Positions 8,792 through 18,268 of a stretch of 39,657 nucleotides of DNA are shown piece by piece. How positions within the stretch are numbered: the first letter of the stretch is position 1; every line of letters begins with the position of its first letter. A program made the translations under genes and the position numbers. The notes under the pieces are model-generated. The model made no database searches. It worked only from the letters and a program-made list of their open reading frames with translations, and was not told the origin of the DNA. The stretch is from a virus (Duplodnaviria; Caudoviricetes), in the IMG/VR virus record IMGVR_UViG_3300033067_001825, positions 1 to 39,657 of that record, one strand, 5' to 3'.

Positions 8792-10036
8792 ATGACGGTC
8801 GAATTGGATGTCCTGAAGCGTCTGCGCCTCTACGAGGAGCCGTTCGGTTCCTACGGCGTGGACGGCACCGGCACGCTCGCGAACTTCATCGACCTGCCCA
8901 TCATCGAGGGGTCGGTGAAGTACGAGATCGGGCAGGAGGAGATCGACCCGAAGCTCGCGCAGCAGTTCATCGAAGGGCGTGCGCTGAAGGTCGCCGGGCG
9001 CCGCTCGAGCTCGCTGTCCTTCGGCCTCCCGCTGCACTCGCACGGCGTGGCGCTGAACGGCGTGAACACGGCCCCCACCACGACGACGTGGGGGATGATG
9101 CGCCTCCTCAAGATCATCTTCGGCGCGACGAACACCACGGCGACGGCGGGCGCGCGCACGGTGCAGGCCGGCTCGACCACTTCGACCGTGAACGTCACCG
9201 CCGGCCGCGGCGCCGACTTCTCGGCAGGCGATGCGATCGCCGTGCGCGTGGGCACGAACGCCACCGCCATCGAGGCGCGCGAGGTGCTCTCGACCACCGC
9301 GAACAGCGTCACCGTGGTCGAGCAGTTCAGCGCGGCGCCCGTCACCGGCGCCGACGTGCTCGGTTGCGTGACCGTCTACACGATCGAGGACCCGCAGTCG
9401 TCCGCGCAGTTCGTGCTCGAGGGCGCCGAGGCCGACATGCGCCTCGCGTTCTACGGCATGCAGGGCACGCCGAAGCTCACGCTCCCGGTGGGCTCCGACC
9501 AGGCGACCATCTCCTTCGACCTGAAGGGGTGCGACTGGACCCGCATGGCGTCGGGCTCGCTCGCCGCGGCGTCGAACGGTTTCCTCTCGCCGTTCGTGCC
9601 GGTCTTCAACGAACTGCATTACACGACCGTCTCCGGCTCCACGGTGGCGCGCACGGTCGTGGACCAGAGCGCGCAGAGCATCGATCCGGCGCTCATGTAC
9701 GCGCCCGTTCGGTCGGGCGCAGGACAGCAGACGATCCTCCGCATGCGCCGCCAGCGCCAGAACCCGGCGGCGAAGGCGTCGTTCACCACCATCTTCGACG
9801 ACTCCCGCTACGAGGCAGACCGCCTCGCGAGCACCACGAAGCGCATGGACCTGCAGCTCGGGAACATCCCCGGCTCGACCATCCTCGCGAGCTGCCGCGC
9901 CGTCGAGGTCGTCGACGTGAAGGACGCGGTGCACGAGAGCGGCATCGGCGGGCAGCAGATCTCGCTCGAGGCCCTCATCAACTCCAACGCGGCGGCGGCG
10001 CTCACGCGCTCGGTCGTCGCCCTCCACTTCTTCTGA
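8792..10036 (+). CDS. Major tail tube protein (with beta-rich insertion)
   Basis: AGGAG RBS; position before chaperone and tape measure; Thr/Val-rich; no sheath gene nearby. Confidence 0.7.
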   Translation: MTVELDVLKRLRLYEEPFGSYGVDGTGTLANFIDLPIIEGSVKYEIGQEEIDPKLAQQFIEGRALKVAGRRSSSLSFGLPLHSHGVALNGVNTAPTTTTWGMMRLLKIIFGATNTTATAGARTVQAGSTTSTVNVTAGRGADFSAGDAIAVRVGTNATAIEAREVLSTTANSVTVVEQFSAAPVTGADVLGCVTVYTIEDPQSSAQFVLEGAEADMRLAFYGMQGTPKLTLPVGSDQATISFDLKGCDWTRMASGSLAAASNGFLSPFVPVFNELHYTTVSGSTVARTVVDQSAQSIDPALMYAPVRSGAGQQTILRMRRQRQNPAAKASFTTIFDDSRYEADRLASTTKRMDLQLGNIPGSTILASCRAVEVVDVKDAVHESGIGGQQISLEALINSNAAAALTRSVVALHFF

Positions 10037-10050
10037 TCGGAGCACACCGC

Positions 10051-10584
10051 ATGGACACCACGGGACAGGGCGAGATCTTCAAGGTGGTTCGGCCGTTCGA
10101 TCCGGCGATCCGCTGGTCGCAGGCACCGGCCGATGGCGCGGCCGACGTGATCGCGTACATGACGCGGCGCGAGCTCGGGCCCGTGCTCGAGTGCGTCATC
10201 GACGGCAAGCGGCCGGTGGTCTTCCACACGCGTCGCCTGCGCCGCGCGGAGATGCGCGACGTGGAGGGCCTGCCGACCGAGCAGGCCAAGCACGAGGCGG
10301 CGTTCGCGTGCGGCGTCGTGATGGTCGAGACCGACCACGGCGAGGTGCTCCGCCCCGCGCGCGAACGCTGGACCGCCGAGGAGCTCGACCGCCACTTCCA
10401 CTTCGCCGACGTGGAAGACATCGGGAGCGTCATCGTCACGAGGAGCCGCATCCCTTTCGGCTTGTCGGTCTCCTACGCGGCGCCGCGTTCGTCGGCGGCC
10501 GCGTCGGGGGCGCTGCTCTTCCCCTCTGCGGCGCGGAGCCCGGCCGCTGCTCCTCCGAGCAGCAGCGCGCCCGCGGGACCCTAG
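10051..10584 (+). CDS. Tail assembly chaperone (G)
   Basis: Between tube and tape measure; contains slippery heptamer C-CCT-TTC at 10452-10458. Confidence 0.7.
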   Translation: MDTTGQGEIFKVVRPFDPAIRWSQAPADGAADVIAYMTRRELGPVLECVIDGKRPVVFHTRRLRRAEMRDVEGLPTEQAKHEAAFACGVVMVETDHGEVLRPARERWTAEELDRHFHFADVEDIGSVIVTRSRIPFGLSVSYAAPRSSAAASGALLFPSAARSPAAAPPSSSAPAGP

Positions 10585-10952
10585 GCGCTCCCACAGAGCG
10601 CGCCGCCGGCATGCGGCGCGAGCTCCGAAAGGCTTACCGATGCGGCTGCGCTGGCGAGACGTGGGACGGAACGGACGCGGACGAGACGCGCACCAACGCC
10701 GCGCGCGCGTCGCGCTCGCTCCTCGAGAAGGTCACCGGACACCCAGCGCGCGAGGCCACGTGCCCGTGGGCGGGGTTCTACGAGGCCGAGGTCTTCGCCG
10801 TGATGCGGGCGCATCGCTGGTTCGAGAAGGGGCAGGCCCGCGAGTGGTGGGGCGATGACCCGGAGGCGTGGCTCGTCGAAGGCGTCGAGGTCTACCACGA
10901 TGCGATCGAGCGGACGCGCAACGACGTGATCGAGATGAAGAGGAAGAAGTGA
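10452..10952 (+). CDS. Tail assembly chaperone frameshift extension (GT), -1 frame
   Basis: -1 frame is open from 10191 to 10952; an independent ATG at 10611 is the alternative. Confidence 0.6.
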   Translation, partial: PFRLVGLLRGAAFVGGRVGGAALPLCGAEPGRCSSEQQRARGTLGAPTERAAGMRRELRKAYRCGCAGETWDGTDADETRTNAARASRSLLEKVTGHPAREATCPWAGFYEAEVFAVMRAHRWFEKGQAREWWGDDPEAWLVEGVEVYHDAIERTRNDVIEMKRKK

Positions 10953-12622
10953 CGGAACGGGTCGGCATCGCATACGAGGTCACGGGCGCGGACACCGCGG
11001 CCGCGGCCGTCGAGCGTCTTCGCGACGCCGCCCGCGACACCGGACAGCAGTTCGAGCAGAGCGCGCAGGGCGCGCAGCAGTTCGAGCAGTCGGTTTCCGC
11101 GTCCTCGACGGCCACCGAGGAGCACACGCGCACGGCGACCGAGGCCACGCAGCAGGCGATCGCCTTCACGCTCCGCATCCAGGCGGCGGCGAGCGCGGTG
11201 GACGCCCTCGCGACGGCGTTCGGCGGGCAGAGCGACACCGCCCGCCTCGTGGCGCGCACGGCGCAGTCGACCGCGCAGTTCGCGCAGCTCGGCGCGATGC
11301 TCGGGCCCCAGGGCGCCGTGGTGGGCGGCATCATCGGCGCGGCGATCCCCGCGTTCAACGCCCTCGCCCAGGCGCAGGACGGCTCGCGCGAGGCTACCGA
11401 GCGGCTCACGCACTCGCTCGACGAGACGATCTCGCGGTTCCAGCGCGCGGCGCAAGAAGCCGACCGGATGCACCGCCTTGAGCAGGGCCAGGGCACCGCG
11501 ATCGAGCAGGCGGCCTTCGCGCAGCAGAGCGCCGACCGAGCGCAGCTCATCCAGGCCGCGTTGAACGGCGACGCGCAGGCGATCCGAGAGGTGCGCCGAC
11601 GCGGCCTCACGGGAACCGCCGACCGCGACCCGACGGCGATCGAGCGCATGACCGCGGCGGTCACCGGCCGCGATGTCTACGAGCTCTCCGACGGCGAGCG
11701 GCAGGCGCTCGGCGCGGTGCGCGACCACGCGGTGCGCACGTTCGAACAGCGCGTCGAGCTCGTGACCGACGCCATCGACCAGGCCGCGCAGGACGTGGCG
11801 ACCGGTGGCCCGCGCGCGCACCACCGCGGCGGAGTCGGGGCGGCCTCCCGCCATGATGCGGCCGAGCGCGAGCGCCAGTTCCGCCGCCTCATCGACGGGC
11901 TTGCCATCACCGGAGGCTCCTCGACGCTCGACGGGTCCATGCAGAACGGGACGGCCTCGCCGTGGGCGCCCGGCGCGAGCCACGGCGGGCGCGATTCGTT
12001 CGCGCGCGGCGGCCAGGCAGGGCAGGACCGCCAGCTCGAGGAGCGCGCGCTACAGCATCGCGCGCAGCTCGAGCAGCGCCTCCACGACGAGCGGATGCGC
12101 CAGCAGCGCGAGTATCTCGCGTCGATTCAGGACGAGCTGCAGGCGCTCGATACGGTCGGGCAGGCCATCGGGCGCACGTTCGCGCAGTCGTTCCAGGCGG
12201 CGATCACTGGGCAGGAGGACTTCGGCCAGGCGTTCGCGAAGGGCACGAAGCAGCTGCTCGTGACGTTCGGCGAGCAGATGGTCGCCGAGGGCGTCGGCGC
12301 CCTCTTCACCGGCATCGGCAACACGGTGCTGAACCCCCCGGCGGCGGCGACGAAGCTCGCCGAGGGCGCGGGCAAGATCGCCCTCGGCGTGGGCCTCGGC
12401 GCGGCCGGCGCGGCCATCCCGACGGGCGGCGGCGGCGCGACAGGCAAGCCGGCATCTCCGATGGGCAGCGCGCGAGACAACGGCGGCGGCGGCTCGAACG
12501 CGCCCGTCGTCATCAACATGAACGCCCCCACGGTCGTGGGCGGCACACAGGCGCAGTGGGGCCGGATGGCGGCGAGCTCCATCGCGCGCGCGCAGCGGCG
12601 CTACGGCGCCCTCGGAGCGTGA
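10949..12622 (+). CDS. Tape measure protein
   Basis: Ala/Gln-rich helical protein with Gly-rich hydrophobic segments and C-terminal VVINMN motif; GTGA-coupled. Confidence 0.85.
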   Translation: MTERVGIAYEVTGADTAAAAVERLRDAARDTGQQFEQSAQGAQQFEQSVSASSTATEEHTRTATEATQQAIAFTLRIQAAASAVDALATAFGGQSDTARLVARTAQSTAQFAQLGAMLGPQGAVVGGIIGAAIPAFNALAQAQDGSREATERLTHSLDETISRFQRAAQEADRMHRLEQGQGTAIEQAAFAQQSADRAQLIQAALNGDAQAIREVRRRGLTGTADRDPTAIERMTAAVTGRDVYELSDGERQALGAVRDHAVRTFEQRVELVTDAIDQAAQDVATGGPRAHHRGGVGAASRHDAAERERQFRRLIDGLAITGGSSTLDGSMQNGTASPWAPGASHGGRDSFARGGQAGQDRQLEERALQHRAQLEQRLHDERMRQQREYLASIQDELQALDTVGQAIGRTFAQSFQAAITGQEDFGQAFAKGTKQLLVTFGEQMVAEGVGALFTGIGNTVLNPPAAATKLAEGAGKIALGVGLGAAGAAIPTGGGGATGKPASPMGSARDNGGGGSNAPVVINMNAPTVVGGTQAQWGRMAASSIARAQRRYGALGA

Positions 12623-12625
12623 GCC

Positions 12626-13453
12626 ATGGCGGTCCTCATCGAAGGCGGGTACGACGCGACGCGGTCCGGAACGCTCTCGGTCACCATCACCGAGACCGGC
12701 GGCGGCGGCTTGTCGAAGACGGTCACGCTCACGTCGAAGTACATGCCTTCGACCGACTGCACGACCATCAAGACGCCGGCCGACACGGGCGCCACCACGA
12801 ACACGACCCTCGGTTATGCGTCGATGCTCTCGACGCTGCAGACGGGGTTCTCGACCGGCCTGACCTCGGCGATCACGGTCTCGATCGTCAACCGACAGTG
12901 GCGCTTCTCGAGCAACGGCGCGGGTGGCGTCACGGCGATCGCGGTCACCTACGGCGGCGCCGGCTCGGCCGCGGACTACTACTTCGGGTTCAACAGCGCG
13001 ACCTACTCGGGCGCTCTGACGCACACGCTGCAGGGCTACGCGAGCCGCTACATGGTGCCCGCAGAGAACGGCGTCACCGACCTGACCGAGCCGCACGAGG
13101 TCGCCGACGACCTCGCCGCCGAGCTCATCTCGAACAGCGGTGGTTACGAGGGCCTCGCGATGCCCGGCGCGCTCTACGAGATGGAATTCGTCGTGCCGCT
13201 CGAGCCGCAGGCGCGCCTGTGGCACCGGTACCACCCCACGAACGATCTCGTGACCTGGGAGTTGTTCTTCCGGCAGTGCCGCAACATCGAGCCCATCCTC
13301 CTCTCCGGCCTGAACGTGTCGGGCACGGCGAAGGATTACGCGATGAAGCTGCGCGCGGACTCGTGCGCGTTCGTGCCTGAGCAGCTCGCCGACGATTACC
13401 TTGCGTACGCGAACGTGCGCCTACGCGCCGCGTACCTCGGGAGCACCACGTGA
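12626..13453 (+). CDS. Minor tail protein (distal-tail-like)
   Basis: Directly after tape measure; Thr/Gly-rich. Confidence 0.55.
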   Translation: MAVLIEGGYDATRSGTLSVTITETGGGGLSKTVTLTSKYMPSTDCTTIKTPADTGATTNTTLGYASMLSTLQTGFSTGLTSAITVSIVNRQWRFSSNGAGGVTAIAVTYGGAGSAADYYFGFNSATYSGALTHTLQGYASRYMVPAENGVTDLTEPHEVADDLAAELISNSGGYEGLAMPGALYEMEFVVPLEPQARLWHRYHPTNDLVTWELFFRQCRNIEPILLSGLNVSGTAKDYAMKLRADSCAFVPEQLADDYLAYANVRLRAAYLGSTT

Positions 13454-16092
13454 CGCTGGCGCAGATCCAGGCCACCGGATCGGGGCGCCTCTCGGCGCGC
13501 GTCGTCGTGGAGGGATGGCCCTACGAGTTCGTCTCGGCGCGCGGGATGGTCGTCGCCGGCTCGGCCACCACCACGGCCCGCGTCGAGAGCCTCGACGTGC
13601 ACAGCCTGAAGTTCGGCGCGCGCGCCGATCTCATGCGCGCCTCGCTCGACGGCGACTCGTGCGAGGTCCGGCTCGTGGACATCGGCGGGCAGGTCTCGCT
13701 CGCCTTCAAGCGGCCCTCGCGCACGTCCTACCTCATCGCGTCGTGCTCGGCGGCCGACGCCACGCTGAACGTCACCGACACGAGCGCGTGGCCGGCGTCG
13801 GGCGTGCTGCACATCGGCACCGAGGCGATCACGTACACCGGCAAGACCGCCACCACGTTCACCGGGTGCACCCGTGGCGCCTTCGGCTCGACCGCGCAGA
13901 GCCACTACATCGCCGACGGGTCGCGCCTCGCCTACGCGCGCGTCACCGACGTCCCGGAGGCCCTCGAGGGGCGCCGGGTCTTCGTCTACTTCTACGGCGA
14001 CGGCGACAGCCCCACGGGCGCCGGGACGCTCGTGTGGCGCGGCATCGCCTCGACGGACGCCGGCTACGAGCGCGGCGTGTGGAAGTTCTCGATGGAGAGC
14101 ATGACGCGCCTCCTCGACCAGGAGCTCGGCGGCGACATCAACGACCCCGTGCCGATCCGCGGCATCTACTACCCGGTCAACGCGCCGTGGCTCTGTCAGA
14201 TCGTGAACATCACGAGCGGCGCAGTCGCGATCGCGCGCATGACGGGCTTCTTCGCCGATGCGGAGGCGCACGCGGCGGCGGCCACCACGGCGATCGCCAA
14301 CGCCATCGCTTCGCCCGTGTCCGGGACGTGGTCGTGGTCGGTCGGCTCCTCGTTCGTCGTGCTCGCTACGCCCGGCGGCTACCGCCTCGTCTACACGGTC
14401 GGAACGGGCGCGGGCACGCCGGCGCGCCTCGCCGTGCAGCGACCGCTCGGCGCGGATTGGGGCGACCTCGACGCGATGCCGCTGAATGTCGACGTGTGGT
14501 GGAGCGACACTGCCACGGGCGCGGCGGGAGTGAGCTACTCGATCCGCGACGCGGTGACCGCCGGGTACATCTACTACGCCGCGATCGCGGCGCAGGTGCC
14601 GCGCGCCTCGGTGGGATGGTACTCGCCCGGCGCCGGGCGCGACCCGTCGGCGAGCCTCGTCTCGCCCACCGACCCCAGCGCCGATCCCCACTTCCTCTAC
14701 CTCGGCGGGATGGTGGTCCCGAGCACCTCCATGATGATCTCGTTCGAGGAGGACGGCGTCGCGCCCGCGTCCACGCCCGACGTGATCGCGGCGAGCCTCG
14801 CCGACACCACGAACAGGAAGATCTCCGTCGGCTGTGCGCACCGCTTCCTCGGCCCGAGCTCGCGCATCCGCATCGGCCGCGTGTTCGTGACCGGCGGCAC
14901 CGTGTCCACGCTCCGCGCCGCGCTCGTGTCGCAGAGCCCCGCGATTGCGCCCACGGGCGGCATGCCGCTCGTCACCTCGACGGACATCATCGAGGGCGCC
15001 GACTTCACGGCCCTCGCCTCGGCCGCGAACGCCACGGGCGGCCTCGGCGGCAACCGCTACTTCGGCGCGTTCCATGGGATGAAACTCGGCGACGTGGTGC
15101 GGGCGGAGCTGCTCGTGCTCGGCGCCTACCAGCGGGTCAACGCCGGCTCGATCGAATGGAAGCGGCTCCGCGTCGTGACCAGTTCCGACACGGCCGACTG
15201 GACGATCGGCGAGAACGACATCATCGGCTGGCCATCGATGGAGCGCGGCGACGACGGGCTTCTCGCATCGGTCCGCCTCAAGACCGGATACGACCCGATC
15301 CAGGACAAGTGGCTTGGCCGAGACATGGAAGTGCGCGACGTGGAGGCGGCATCCTCGATCCGCTCGTTCGTGACGATGGAGATCGACCAGCGGTCCTGGC
15401 CCATCGCGCTCGACCCCATCACGCACAACGATCTGAGCGCCACGCCGGAAGCCGTAGCTGCTGTGGCGATGCCGTTCTTCGGCTTCTTCGGGGCGCCCTA
15501 CGACCGCATCACGATAGACGTGGGGATGCGCTTCTTCGGCGTGAAGGTCGGCGACGTGGTCTCGCTCACATCAAGCAAGGTCCCGAGCACGAGCGGCACG
15601 CTCGGCATGGCCGGCGAGGTGTGCATGGTGACGGGGCACACGTGGGACGGGTCCACTGGCCGCACCACGCTGCAACTCATTCGCTCGACGCTGCGCGTGG
15701 CCGGCTACGCGCCGGGCTTCAAGATCGCCTCGCAGGTGAACGTGGCTGGCAACACGTGGGACATAACGGTCACGCTCACCGGCTACACGAGCGCGACCGA
15801 CATCGCGCGCTGGTTCGCCGTGAACGACCTGGTGCGCGTCACGCAGTCGGACACCACGGCCACGACCGAGGTGACGGGAACGGTCGTGAGCTTCTCGAGC
15901 ACGACCACGCTCCGCGTCACCTTCGGCGCCGTGTGGACGCCGGGCGGCTCGGAGTGGTGCCTGCGCGCGCGCGACGCGACCGCCTACGCGAGCACGGCGA
16001 GCCTCGCCCGGTTCATGTTCATCGCGCCGAGCGGCGCCGGCTCGCGCATCGCGTTCTCTGGCGGCTCCATTGACGCGAGGGTGTTCTCGTGA
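13450..16092 (+). CDS. Large tail tip/hub protein
   Basis: 880 aa, beta-rich; IGTEAITYTGKTATTFTGCTRG motif seen in tail proteins; VGDVVSLT. Confidence 0.7.
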   Translation: MTLAQIQATGSGRLSARVVVEGWPYEFVSARGMVVAGSATTTARVESLDVHSLKFGARADLMRASLDGDSCEVRLVDIGGQVSLAFKRPSRTSYLIASCSAADATLNVTDTSAWPASGVLHIGTEAITYTGKTATTFTGCTRGAFGSTAQSHYIADGSRLAYARVTDVPEALEGRRVFVYFYGDGDSPTGAGTLVWRGIASTDAGYERGVWKFSMESMTRLLDQELGGDINDPVPIRGIYYPVNAPWLCQIVNITSGAVAIARMTGFFADAEAHAAAATTAIANAIASPVSGTWSWSVGSSFVVLATPGGYRLVYTVGTGAGTPARLAVQRPLGADWGDLDAMPLNVDVWWSDTATGAAGVSYSIRDAVTAGYIYYAAIAAQVPRASVGWYSPGAGRDPSASLVSPTDPSADPHFLYLGGMVVPSTSMMISFEEDGVAPASTPDVIAASLADTTNRKISVGCAHRFLGPSSRIRIGRVFVTGGTVSTLRAALVSQSPAIAPTGGMPLVTSTDIIEGADFTALASAANATGGLGGNRYFGAFHGMKLGDVVRAELLVLGAYQRVNAGSIEWKRLRVVTSSDTADWTIGENDIIGWPSMERGDDGLLASVRLKTGYDPIQDKWLGRDMEVRDVEAASSIRSFVTMEIDQRSWPIALDPITHNDLSATPEAVAAVAMPFFGFFGAPYDRITIDVGMRFFGVKVGDVVSLTSSKVPSTSGTLGMAGEVCMVTGHTWDGSTGRTTLQLIRSTLRVAGYAPGFKIASQVNVAGNTWDITVTLTGYTSATDIARWFAVNDLVRVTQSDTTATTEVTGTVVSFSSTTTLRVTFGAVWTPGGSEWCLRARDATAYASTASLARFMFIAPSGAGSRIAFSGGSIDARVFS

Positions 16093-16793
16093 CGGCGCGC
16101 AGTCCGAGGGGCGGGATGAAGGCGTTTCCCGTCGCGCGCGAGGCGGGCAACGAGGTGATGGACGCCTACACGATCCGCGACGAACTCGCGAACAGCGCGC
16201 TTCACGCGGCCGACGAGTCGCTCGCGGGCGTGTGGTGCAATTGGGTCGTGCCGGTGGCGTCGCTCTTCTCCGTGGCGAAGGCCTCCGGGCCCATCGTCAC
16301 CGACACGCCCACGGCATCGCTGACCGAGTGGTACCCGCTCACGTGCGACGGCCCCTTCGACCTTCCGATCTGGGAGGACGCCACGCCCTACAAGCTGCGC
16401 GTGCGTCTCCGCGGCGCGACGGCGAGCGCGGGCACGGCGGTCACGTTCGGAATCACCATCGGGCCGAACGAGGGTGCGGTCGGCATCACCTACACCGCCG
16501 ACCTCGGCGGCACTGGCACCGCGCGCGCCCTCTTCAACGCGACCACGAGCGCCACGAGGGCGTGGCTCACGCCCTCGTCGGGCTCCGACCTCGTGACGCT
16601 CACCACCGAACAGATCGCGTTCGCGCGCTCGCGCTCGCCTCGCCGCACCTTCGACACGCTCGACACCTCGAGCGGTGTCGCGGTGCCGGTACGGTGCACG
16701 CCCGTCTACGTGCGCGTTTGGGCGAAGGCGGCGGCGACGGGCCCGCAGCTCGCGCAGCTCTCGGGGCTGCACGTGGCTCTCTACGTGGGGTGA
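16089..16793 (+). CDS. Minor tail protein
   Basis: Coupled ORF in tail cluster, beta-sandwich composition. Confidence 0.6.
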   Translation: MTARSPRGGMKAFPVAREAGNEVMDAYTIRDELANSALHAADESLAGVWCNWVVPVASLFSVAKASGPIVTDTPTASLTEWYPLTCDGPFDLPIWEDATPYKLRVRLRGATASAGTAVTFGITIGPNEGAVGITYTADLGGTGTARALFNATTSATRAWLTPSSGSDLVTLTTEQIAFARSRSPRRTFDTLDTSSGVAVPVRCTPVYVRVWAKAAATGPQLAQLSGLHVALYVG

Positions 16794-16796
16794 ACG

Positions 16797-17831
16797 ATGC
16801 CGGTGGGTCTCGATGGTGTGGTCCCGAGCATGCGGCCGAGCCTCGTATACGGGGACATCCTCGTCGGCGAGCCCGTTCGCGGCTCCACGATGCAGGCGCT
16901 CGGCAAGCTCGCTGCGTGGGTGCGCGGCCGTGGGCGCTGCCTCGTGCCGTCGCACGCGTGCCGCACGACTCTATCGGGCGCAGGTGCGACCGCGGTGCAC
17001 CACTACAAGGCCCGGCCGAGCGGCGTCGCGCTCTCGCGCGTGTGGGTCGGGAGCGTGCACTCGTCGGTGGCGGCCGGGCGATACGACGGCCTCTTCACGT
17101 TCACGGCCGGCACCGATGGTCCCTCGCGCACGTGGGTCGTGGGCACGCGCTACGCGGGCTCGGTGCCGTTCCTCTTCGTCGAGACCGCGGGCGTCACGCT
17201 CTCGACGGCGATCACTGACCTGACCTTCAAGACTCAGCTCGACGCGGGCGGCTCCGCCGACGTGGTGCTTGAGACGCTGGCCTGCTACGAGCTGCCGCGC
17301 GCGGCCCTCGCCCGCACCGCGACGGACCTCGGCGTCGCGCTCGACGCGCTCGGCGCGCGCCGCCCCGTTCTCGACCTCACCTACGAAGGCCCGAAGGCGC
17401 TCGCCAACACGATCGCCACGTTCGACGCGAAGCGCGGCGGCCTCACGGCGATGTGGGTAGATGGGTCGCTTACGACGACGAGCGCGGCCTACGTGAACGT
17501 CTTCGACACGGACATCCCGATCGTCCCGTCGAAGAACCTCCCCACCGACACCACGCGCACGTGCACGTGGGACGTGTACGCCTCGGTCTCTGCCGCGGGC
17601 ACGACCGGTGACTTCCGCGTGGTCGATTCGCTCGCCGGCGTCTCCGGAACGCTCGTGGTGAACAGCACCACGCCCGCCTGGCTCGGCACCTCGACGAAGA
17701 GCTTCAAGTGCGAGGACCTCTCGACCGCGAACGGCGTTCCGGGCGGCACCTACGACACCGTGCAGCTTCAGTTTCGCCGCACCGCCGGCGCGGGCACGGT
17801 GAAGCTGTTCGGGTTCGTGACGTTCGAGTAG
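16797..17831 (+). CDS. Minor tail / receptor-binding candidate
   Basis: Tail cluster, Thr/Val-rich C-terminal domain. Confidence 0.55.
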   Translation: MPVGLDGVVPSMRPSLVYGDILVGEPVRGSTMQALGKLAAWVRGRGRCLVPSHACRTTLSGAGATAVHHYKARPSGVALSRVWVGSVHSSVAAGRYDGLFTFTAGTDGPSRTWVVGTRYAGSVPFLFVETAGVTLSTAITDLTFKTQLDAGGSADVVLETLACYELPRAALARTATDLGVALDALGARRPVLDLTYEGPKALANTIATFDAKRGGLTAMWVDGSLTTTSAAYVNVFDTDIPIVPSKNLPTDTTRTCTWDVYASVSAAGTTGDFRVVDSLAGVSGTLVVNSTTPAWLGTSTKSFKCEDLSTANGVPGGTYDTVQLQFRRTAGAGTVKLFGFVTFE

Positions 17832-17850
17832 GGCGCGCTACCATTCGTGC

Positions 17851-18216
17851 ATGCGCCACATCATCGCCTGCGCTCTCCTGGTCTCCGCGTGCGCCACGTC
17901 AGCCGCTCCGATCGATCCGCGCGATGCGGGGCCCGCGGTGGACTCGGGCGTAGACGGCGGCGACCAGCAGCCGCAGTGCGCGCGCGCAGGCGATGAGCCG
18001 TCGTGTCCCGACGGCTACGGTGCGGGATGCCCCGGCGCGCACTGGCAGCGCGTGACGCCAGATCCGAGCGTCCCGTGCTACCTCGTAGGCGGCATGGTCA
18101 CGCTGCCGATCTGTTCGAGCGCGGGAGGTCCGGTGCCGACGTGCCCAGGAGACGACGCGGGCGCGGCCGGCGTGGTGGAGTGCGTCCCGTTCCCGCCGTC
18201 CTGCGCCGCTCGATAG
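17851..18216 (+). CDS. Cys-rich lipoprotein (moron-like)
   Basis: Signal MRHIIACALLVSA-C lipobox, DAG/DSG linker, 8 further Cys; TACCAT -10 box 6 nt before ATG. Confidence 0.75.
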   Translation: MRHIIACALLVSACATSAAPIDPRDAGPAVDSGVDGGDQQPQCARAGDEPSCPDGYGAGCPGAHWQRVTPDPSVPCYLVGGMVTLPICSSAGGPVPTCPGDDAGAAGVVECVPFPPSCAAR

Positions 18217-18268
18217 TGCCAGTGGTAGGCACGTGGCGCACTGCGCTGGGTAGCGCAGCGTCACGGGC
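18212..18268 (+). promoter_or_regulatory. Late promoter copy 3
   Basis: GATAGTGCCAGTGGTAGGCACGTGGCGCA at 18212-18240; -35 GTGGCG 18233-18238, -10 CAGCGT 18256-18261, ATG at 18269. Confidence 0.75.

Noticed and set aside
10582-10584. Stop-codon readthrough of the chaperone TAG
   Set aside because: The zero frame after TAG does not look protein-like; the coherent downstream ORF is in the -1 frame
3613-15426. Long minus-strand ORFs (e.g. 3613-5451, 7853-10045, 13396-15426) and alternative-frame plus ORFs (13401-16073)
   Set aside because: Arg/Ala/His-rich shadow frames typical of high-GC coding DNA, overlapping well-supported genes
2230-18240. CRISPR array or IS ends from the three 29-bp repeats
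   Set aside because: Copies are 1.6 kb and 14 kb apart, with no spacer periodicity, cas genes or transposase
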